DNA of 64,000 bases from NCBI GenBank assembly GCA_039096225.1, contig JBBPEB010000032.1:1-64000 (forward strand), in the 5' to 3' direction. Positions 42,717 through 64,000 of the stretch are shown here, piece by piece. The DNA is from Blastocystis sp. Blastoise. Taxonomy: Eukaryota; Protista; Bigyra: Opalinata. Every line of letters begins with the position of its first letter. Within the stretch, counting starts at the first letter, position 1. The notes beneath the pieces are model-generated. The model searched no databases and was not told the DNA's origin. It saw only the letters and a list, made by a program, of their open reading frames with translations. Made by a program: the position numbers and the translations under genes.

Positions 42717-43302
42717 TTTTTATTTTCTATGAAATTTTGTATATATCTTTTGAAAACTTCTATATAACTTATCTTTTCTAGCTTTTTATACTCTATGTAG
42801 TCTAATATTTATTTTTAAAATTTTTAGTTTATTTTAACTATAAATATTTTCTTATTTATTTTAATTTTCTTTAATCTTTAAAAAGAATTCATTGTGATTT
42901 TTTTTATACATTTTCTTTTTTTCTTATTTCCAGATATATATATATATTTATTTATATCTTTTTGATTATTGCTTTATTTGTTATTAAATACTAATTATTA
43001 ATAATCAATACTGACTGATCTATTTATTAAGTTATTTTAATTACTCTAGTAGTAAAGTATAAATATTAAATTGTTTTGTTTTTTGTTTTCAGTTTCTATT
43101 TTATTGTAGGAGTCTTCTTTAATTTTTTTAATGGTTCTCATGACAAGAAATGGTTGTCAATTTCAACTACACTTAAGTTGGCAGAATTCATAAAATTTGA
43201 AAATATACTTTCAAAAAATAATAATTTTTGTTATAAATTTTAATCGCGATTTCCACATGAATAAAAAGGATTCAATGAAAGGACTTTAATTAATAATATG
43301 AA

Positions 43303-43333
<31 letters not shown>

Positions 43334-44663
43334 CTTCTTCATCAATATCTTAGCAAATAAAGTATATTTTTTTATATATAATATATACATTATTATTTCA
43401 TAAAAAACATATATGCGATTATTTAGGAATAGTTGAATACTACAAGTAGTTTCTTTAAAAGTACATACAAATAAAATATAGATGCGTATCTAATTAAATT
43501 ACAATATTTTGTTTTTATAATTATTGATAATTAATATATTAAATAAAATTATTGTGAACATAATGAACTTTTTTATACATGAATATATAGATTTTTATAT
43601 TCAATATAAATGTATATATATATATATATATAAATATATATTCAGTTCTTATTCTTAAAAAAATGAAGATATTTATCATTATATTTTAATTGTTATATAT
43701 ATACAAACCTAAAGAATAATTAGTATTCTAAATATCACATATATTATAGATAAGAACTAAATTCATATTTCATTTTAAATGAAAATATAAAATAATAAAT
43801 CTATAAAAAGGTACACAATTCCTTATAAATAAGCTTTTCTTTTAAATCCAAAATAATGTTCATGAAAAGTAGCTATATATTAATATGAATAGCATTAGTA
43901 TTTAAAAGTTACCTATATTTTTCTTATTTAAGAATATTAATGTTTATAAATCAATATAATTAATTAAAATATATTCCATCACTATCAATATTCATTCTTA
44001 AATATCGTCAAATAAATAAAAATTCTATTAAAAATTATTTTCGCATCCATATCATTGTTTAACAGCGTAATAGATATAGTATGAATGCCTTTTTTTGAGC
44101 TATAAATAGTTTAGGATTGCATAGAAAAACAAACAGCTTATGAACTCATGGATAATTATATGGAATAATAAATTTATCTTGAATTGCTGCAGAAATTACG
44201 TTGTTCTATAAGAATAGCTTTAATTTATATAATTCTTTACATATAATACTTATTGTTGAGTTTCTAAAATGATATTTATTCTTTTTGAGAAGAAATTCTT
44301 AGTCTGTTTTGAAATGAGTATTAATAAAAAATTTATTTACCCTGAAAATTCATCATAGAAATGTAATTCATTTGATCGTTTTAATATACGCTACTTGTGA
44401 CTTCAAACAAAGCAACATAGGAATAAATAGAATCTTAGTATATTTCAAATACTTCATTTAGTTAAGAATTACCTCATAGGATGTCCAAAAATATATGCAT
44501 GCCTTACAATAGAAGAAAGCAAATGAAGTATTCTTCATAATTTAAAAAAAAATAATAATAGCGATTATACTCAAATATTGACTTGAAATTTCTCTTCTTT
44601 TCATTTTTTTTAATAGTGAAACCATTTTTGTTATTTTTTCCATTTATTTCCATCGAAATCAAA

Positions 44664-47148
44664 ATGAATCAGTCGATATCAGCAGCTTATAAGTTTCTAG
44701 AAAATCAGAAATATGCTAAAGCTCTAAAAGTCTTAGAATCACCTGAATGTAAAAATTCTTCAGATGCACATTGTTTAGCAGCAGTTTGTGCAATTTATGA
44801 TGATGATTCTCAACGATGTAAGCAACATCTTGACGCATTGGCTAATCTTGAATGCACAGAAAAGTCTTCATTAATGCAGGCACTTATGGCATCTCATTAT
44901 TTAAATGATTATACTACTATTTGTAAATTATATGCCAAACAATTTGAGACAAATCCAAAAGATATTGATATAGGAAAAAATTATTATCTTGCTCTATTAG
45001 GTGCTGTATTTATTTAACATTTTTTTTTGTCTGTTATGAAAATATATTATTTTATATATATAGAAAGATTTCAAGACTATGAAGGCAGTAGGAATGAAAT
45101 TATATCAGATTCATAAAGATCAAAAGTATTTTATATGAACTATTGTAAATGTAATTATATAGATACTTTTTATATGATACTGGATTATGTATTTTGGAAG
45201 AAAATCAGAAAAGTTCTATGGAGATGAATTTTGCTGAAAAAATTATTCAAAAAATATATAATGAAGTATTTTGTTTTTAAATAATAGATTTCACTTTTTT
45301 TATACTTAATAATATCTTAAATAAATATATACTTTATATATAGAATAAAAATTAATTATTATTTTTTTTTTATATAAAGAATAAAAAAGTTTTAATCTAT
45401 TTATATATATAGAGTAAAAATAAAGAAGAACGTTTATGGCGTAATTTACAATGGTTATATATACAAATATGTATATTAAATAAACATTATGAAACTGCTG
45501 AAGTTGAATTATTAGAAAGAACTTCTAAATATCATGTAATATTATATATATATATATATATATATGCTTATATAGGTTAGTAAATATTTATATGATGATT
45601 GGAATCAATTATTACAATTATATACTTTTATGAATAAAATGTATATATATATAGATTTCATTATTATATATATATAATTATATATAATTATAATAGCACT
45701 TATAGTAATATATATATATATATATAGTCCTTCCTTCTTATGTATATATGAGTCACATCTATTATCTTTGGAACCAATGGATATATCCTGGGATTTATTA
45801 ACTCTTTATAATAATACTATACATACATGTACATATATATATATATAATTACTTTACTATATCTGTAGTATATTCAGGAAAAGATTTTTATAATACGATT
45901 TCTATATTTATAAATAAATATAAGAATTTATTTGATGCCAAAAATCTTAAGTATTCCCGTGAATATTTATTATATGTTATTGAGAATGAATGGTATTTAT
46001 ATACTGATATTAAAGAAGATAATATTATTACTTATGAACAATGTATATATACATATATTGATATGTATGGTAAAAAAGGATGTTGCTATGAAGATATTCA
46101 TAAATATATTCAAGTATTAACAAATAACACAGGTATATATAAACTTTTATATAAATTGAATAATGATTAATATATATATATGTATGTATATATATAGATT
46201 CTATATCTCGTTTGTTAAGTCACGTGCATAAAATAATGTCTTCAGAAATATGTACAGAAGTTGGTGATATTCAATTGGCAGATATACAACTTCATGTCAC
46301 GTGCTTACGTATTCTATTGGATTATGGTCATGTGTCTCAAGAAGAAATTCAAAAATATTATAAAATGTATATATATATATTAAATAATATTATTGAATAA
46401 TATTTTATATAATTATATTTATTTTATTTATTATTATAAATATTTAGATATCTTCAAGCTTCCCATGATTATTCCTCATCTGTTGCTGATAAAGAAATAC
46501 TTTCCCTTGATTATTTAATTATATATGTTGCCAAAGCCATAAAACTATATTGTATATTTTTTATATTTATTATCATATTTATTATTTTTATTATCCTATT
46601 TTATTATCCTATTTATTATCATTTTTATTATATTTTTTATATTTATTATATTTATTTACCAATTATTTAGCGATTAATCTTGATGAATTTGAAAAACAGA
46701 AATATATATATATATATTTAACTATTTTAGAAGATGCATATCAACATAGAAAGTATATATGTTTCTTATTATACTACATATAATGATTAATATATATATA
46801 TATAGTCATAATATTCGTTTATGTTTGGCATTAATATCAGAATATTTATCTCTATCGCTTTCTCTTAAAGCTTATTATTATTACCGTATATATATATATA
46901 TATTTATTTATTTATTATTATTATAATATAATATTTTACATTATAATATACTATAGTATATTATAAAATAATATAATATAATATATATATAGATGAAATG
47001 AATATAACACAAGTTCAACTTCAATCATTATCATATATATATTATTCACTTCTTCTCTCTCCTTCTCTTTCTCTTCCTCATTCAGAACTAAGTAGAGAAC
47101 TTGGTCTACATAATACATTCTTTAAAGAAACGTATATATATATATATA

Positions 47149-47188
<40 letters not shown>

Positions 47189-47945
47189 ATATATATAGAA
47201 TGATAGAATCTCAGAATAAATTAATTCAAAGTTTAGATAATTATACCTATATGTCAATTCCTACTATATATACATTTAGAGATACTATTCGTTTATCTAT
47301 TGATTCTTATATACCTCTTATTTATAAAGGATTATATATATTTATTGACTCTATTCAAAATGATGTATATATATTTATATATATATTAATAATATTCGCT
47401 TTATTATATATATATAGAAAAAAGATGCTCTTCAAACTATTTATAATAATCTTAAATTTATACCTGTATATATATATATATATAACAATTCATTTTACTT
47501 ATATATCTAAATAGACGGATTTAAAGTATTCCCACGGGGATGTGACTGTTTTTAATTTTTGGAATTTATCTACTAATTCATTTAACGATATTTATAATAA
47601 AAAATATCCTTTAAATATTTTCATATTAAATAAATATAAAATAAAAAATGAACAAATATATATAGTTTTTCTTAATATATTAACATTATCTATTCCATTT
47701 TTTACTTTACAAAAAGAATTATTGAATTTATATGCTTCTATTTATTTATCTCTTCCTCTTCCTTCTTTCGATTCTATTCGTACTGTTATCCGTACAATTG
47801 GTTCTACATTAACGAATTGTATAAATATATTATATATATATTAATAAAATTATATTTATTTTATATATAGCTTCAAGTGATATATTATTTTATATTCAAA
47901 TGATTGAAAATTTACTTTCATTTATTGAATACATTCAATCAAGTA

Positions 47946-47983
<38 letters not shown>

Positions 47984-48068
47984 GTAATTATATATTATTA
48001 TTATAGGTGACTGTATTGAAGAGTCTAAAGTTAATTCTGTTATTTCTTATTATAATGAATTTTTTAAG

Positions 48069-48157
<89 letters not shown>

Positions 48158-48306
48158 TAATTATATATAGTAAGAATATGTATACTTCAAATAATTTATT
48201 TAATATGAATATTCTTACTCTATATAATATTCTATATTCACAATTTATATATCCCTTACTTCTTCTTATTCCTAAACAGAAAAAAGGCAAAAAAGCTACA
48301 CCATCA

Positions 48307-48353
<47 letters not shown>

Positions 48354-48403
48354 AATATGCTTATTGGAAACGGTCTGAAACACATTATTAACTTGATATC
48401 TTT

Positions 48404-48441
<38 letters not shown>

Positions 48442-48708
48442 ATATTTCTTTAATAAATATACTCAATTCCTATGAATACTCTTGATAATATTAATAAGAT
48501 CTATTCAACTATATCTACTACTACAAATGTATATATAAATATATTATCCTATATATATGTAACTTTATAGATATATGATATTTCAGTAAATTCTTCTATT
48601 TTTTCTTCTATTTCAAAGAGTTATAACAACTCTATATATGCAAATATTCACGAATTATCTATTCTGAATCAAAATATGAAAAAGATTTTAAAAACAAAGG
48701 GATTCTAA
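44664..48708 (+). CDS. NAA25: N-terminal acetyltransferase B auxiliary subunit (NAA25/MDM20), many introns
   Basis: TPR N-terminus (...LYAKQFETNPKDIDIGKNYYLALL|KDFKTMKAVGMKLY...) matches the NAA25 pattern LYE.AV...PN.EE...LFMAY.R..EYKKMQQAGMALYK. Also YGKKGCCYEDI (cf. FGDKPCCFTDL) and MNITQVQLQSLSY (cf. LDAKHIQHDTIGY). Confidence 0.8.
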
Positions 48709-49079
48709 TTTTTTATGATTATATTATTTATCTACAAATAATTTATAATTTAAATATTCTTTACTATATATATATATTTATCTGTTGTTTAAGAACTCAT
48801 TAATTGTCGTTTTTTTTCATATATTCAAAAACTGTCTTTCTATACTCTTCTTTTTAAATAAATTATATTAACAAAACAATGATAATAAATAAGACAATGA
48901 TAATTAATAACTTTAAAATATTCAGAAAATTGAATAAGATAAGGATACTATAAGGAAATAAAAAACCAAAGTATATATAAACACATATAATATAAAATAG
49001 AAGGTCTTTTTAAATATTAATAAAAAATATATGAAATATAAAAATTATTGAATTATTAAATCTATATATAAATAAAAAT

Positions 49080-50780
49080 AAAACATTATGATTTAGATTT
49101 TATTGATAATTATTATTCGATAAAAACCGTATTATCTAATCATAAATCATAAAAAGTAAATGAAATAGTGATCACTACATAAATATATATAATAAAAAAA
49201 AAAACATATATATAAATATATAAAACACACTAGAAGATATTTAGATTTCTTGTGGATACATTAAAGAATAAAAACGATATTATTCAATCATATATCTATA
49301 AAAAAAGTAAATAAAACAAGTGATAACTCTATAAATAATATAAAATTAAAAAAAAAAAGTATTATAATTTTTGTAGCCAATAATAATAGACAAAAAACGG
49401 CATTATCCAATTATATATATCTATAAAAATTAGATATACTTTATAGTTATATAAATATAAAAAGTTAAATAAATAAATAAAAAAGAATACACTATAGAAT
49501 ATTTAAAAACGTTTGATAATACTTTTAGATAAAAACGATATTATCCAAAATGAAATATTAATAAATAAATAAAAATAGTGTATAACATATATATAAATAA
49601 AAAGAATATATAAATAAATAGAATACTAACAAAGTATTTATATTCTTTCAATAAATAAAATAGAAACAAACGGCAGTATCAATTGTATATATCTTATAAA
49701 TAAATATACTTTATAGTAATAAATAAATAAAAGGATATATATAAATACTAATAAGATATTCATAATTTTTTAAACGAAAAATCAGTAGATAAAAACGATA
49801 TTATCCAAATATAAATATTATAAATAAACATAATAGTAATCAATATATATATAATATATAATAAAAAGTATTTTATTCCGTTATATAAAAAATAGATAAA
49901 AACGGTATTATCAAATTCTATATATATAAAATAAATATACTTTATAAATAAAAAAGTATATAGAAAAAACTAGTAAGTAAAATTGATTCTTTGAATAATT
50001 AATGAATAAAAACGATATTATTCAATTAGAAATCATAAAAACAAATATACTTTACAGTTATAAAAAATAGTAAGTATTTTTATTCCTTTCAATAAATGAA
50101 ATAGGTAAAAACGGTATTATCCAATCATATATCTTAAAAATAAGTATACTTAACCGTAATATATAAATAAATATAAAAATAAATAAATAAAAAAGAATAC
50201 ACTAGATAATATTTATATTCTTTCAATAATAAAAATACTGGGTAAAAACGGTATTATCCAATATAAATATATATATTAAAAATAATAAACAGAATAGTGG
50301 ATAATATATAAAAAAATATTAAAAAAAAACTAAAAAAGTATTAAGATTATTTGAACAATAATAAACTAGATAGAAACGATACCATCTAATAATAATCTTG
50401 ATATATAAATATACTTTATAGTCAAATATATAATAAAAATTAGACATATAAAAAGTATTTTATTTCGTTATATAAAAATAGATAAAAACGATATTATCAG
50501 ATTCTATATATATAAAACAAATATACTTTATAAATAGATAAATAATTAAAATATATAAATAAATTACTAAAAAGGAAATACATAATAAACTTGAATAGTG
50601 AATAAAAACGATATTACTCAATTATATATAGAACAAATACACTTTATAGTAATATATAAACAAAATAGATATATATACATATATAGAAAAATAAAAGTAT
50701 TTATATTCTTTCAATAAATAAAATAGATACAAACGGCAGTATCAATTATATATATCTTATAAATTAATATAAAGAATTAT
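49080..50780. repeat. Array of 14 diverged ~100-150-bp units, each a hairpin with a conserved AAACGRYA loop
   Basis: Loops start at 49124, 49272, 49395, 49533, 49668, 49793, 49900, 50010, 50109, 50246, 50374, 50486, 50606 and 50731, flanked by GATAA/TTATC or covarying equivalents. Confidence 0.85.
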
Positions 50781-50954
50781 AAATATAAAAAATAAACAAT
50801 TTATATATAAATAAATAAAATCAAAAAAAAAAAATTATAAAACAAATATAAATTATAAATAAATAAAAGAAAACCTTCGAAATTATATATATATATATTC
50901 ATAGAGTTGAGGAGAAAACAATAGATAAGGAATAATTATATGGAGAGAAGAAAT

Positions 50955-51480
50955 ATATATATATAGTTAACAAACAAAATTAAATTGAATTATAAAATAT
51001 TAGATATAAATAACATCAAATATATAGATAACAAAATGATATATAATATAAAAAAAATAGATTGAGTTATAAAAAATGAGATATAATAACATCAAATATA
51101 TAGGTAACAAATTGATATATAATATTAAAAAAATAGATTGAGTTATAAAAATGAGATATAATAACATCAAATATATAGTTAACAAATTAAATTAAATTAT
51201 AAAAAATTGAGATATAATAACATCAAATATATAGTTAACAAATTGATATATAATATAAAAATAGATTGAATTATAAAAAATGAGATATAATAACATCAAA
51301 TATAGTTAACAAATTAAATTAAATTATATAAAAAATGAGATATAAATAACATCAAATATATAGATAACAAAATGATATATAAAAATTGAGATAAAATAAC
51401 ATCAAATATATAGGTAACAAATTGATATATAAATAACATCAAATATATAGGTAACAAATTGATATATAATATAATATAAA
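50955..51480. repeat. Second degenerate tandem repeat (core GATAT..TAACATCAAATATATAG.TAACAAA), about 8 copies, variable 37-75-bp period
   Basis: aacatcaaatat occurs at about 51012, 51087, 51162, 51219, 51292, 51348, 51398 and 51435. Confidence 0.85.
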
Positions 51481-52155
51481 AAAATATTATAAAACAAATA
51501 AGAAGAATATATATATATATACATTCAATAGGACGGGAAATAGATCACATAATGATCCAAAGTACATATATATATATATATAGAAAGGTATTATAACAAT
51601 TGACAACGAACTAATTTTTATTAGGTTTTAATTATATATTACTTTTTTTTTTTTATTATTTTTAATTGTAACTAACTACTTAATAATTTTTTTTTATTTT
51701 TATTTTTTTTTAAATATATACATATTTTTTTATGTATATTTATAATTATTATTATTTTTTTTTTATTTTATTTTAATAATTTTTTTTTAATAATTTTTTT
51801 TTTAATTATTATTTTTAAAGATATAATAATATTATTATTATTATTATTATTAAATTGTTATAATTACCTTATATTATATAAGAATTATACTAAGAGGATG
51901 AGAGAAGGAATTATTATGAATAAAACGATATATATATATATATAAGATTCACGGGATAAAAACTTATAAATATACATATAATTAAAAAAAAATGAAAAAT
52001 ATATTTAAAAAATAATATATATAACTACTAAATATATATATTATAAATGTAGAAGAAAATATATTTATCAAATAAATAATAATTCCAAAAAAAATTTACA
52101 TATAAATATCCTCTTAATAAAAAAGAAAATGGAAAAGTGAAAAAAAAATATAACA

Positions 52156-52338
52156 ATAAATATTGTTATTAGAGTATAATAAGAAAAAGTTTAAAAAAAG
52201 GGAAAATTGATATTCATATAAAGAATAATCAAATTAATAAATAACAATAAATATAAATATTGTTATTAGAGTATAATAAGAAAAAGCTTAAAAAAAGTGA
52301 AAATTGATATTCATATAAAGAATAATCAAATTAATAAA
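52156..52338. repeat. ~85-bp direct duplication (period about 97 bp) just 3' of the giant coiled-coil gene
   Basis: ataaatattgttattagagtataataagaaaaag...attgatattcatataaagaataatcaaattaataaa occurs at 52156 and 52253. Confidence 0.85.
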
Positions 52339-52373
52339 AAAAATATATATATATATATAATATAAAATAGATC

Positions 52374-64000
<11,627 letters not shown>

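Noticed and set aside
45121-45165. Apparent in-frame TGA at a conserved-Trp-like position in NAA25 (KYFI*T), suggesting UGA recoding or editing
   Set aside because: A 37-nt GT-AG intron (45126-45162) removes it and gives an open frame QKYFLYDTGLCILEENQKSSMEMNFAEK. The long ORFs in the window use TGG for Trp.
49080-50780. CRISPR array or DnaA-box cluster (TTATCCA)
   Set aside because: Eukaryotic intron-rich context, no cas genes, degenerate repeats, and spacers of variable length that are related to each other. TTATCCA is simply the 3' stem arm and is not the full DnaA 9-mer.

Overview
Very AT-rich eukaryotic genomic DNA with many short GT-AG introns (~30-60 nt) and (TA)n-rich introns. The gene families (BTB-TLDc, BTB/LRR-like, giant putative-Ig surface proteins) suggest a protist, possibly a Blastocystis-like stramenopile, but this is inference only. 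Host genes: two large putative-Ig/discoidin-like/Cys-repeat type I surface proteins (the first is 5'-truncated against a G-free, telomere-like tract), two BTB-TLDc genes (one frameshifted, one split by an insertion), two BTB + LRR-like paralogues, a small vWA-like gene (split by an insertion), the NatB auxiliary subunit NAA25/MDM20, and a giant coiled-coil gene running off the right edge. The main structural results are: (i) a 10,059-bp CACTG-terminated, CACTA-like element (12-bp TIRs, 3-bp GAT target-site duplication) inserted in the vWA gene, with no recognisable transposase, carrying a decayed intron-rich gene fragment and arrays of micro-exon-like islands; (ii) two near-identical 3.2-kb non-autonomous Helitrons (5'-TC ... 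GC hairpin ... CTAG-3', inserted at A|T) in inverted orientation, one splitting a TLDc codon and one nested inside the CACTA-like element; (iii) an unexplained intergenic array of 14 hairpins with a fixed 8-nt AAACGRYA loop and compensatory stem substitutions at 49.1-50.8 kb.
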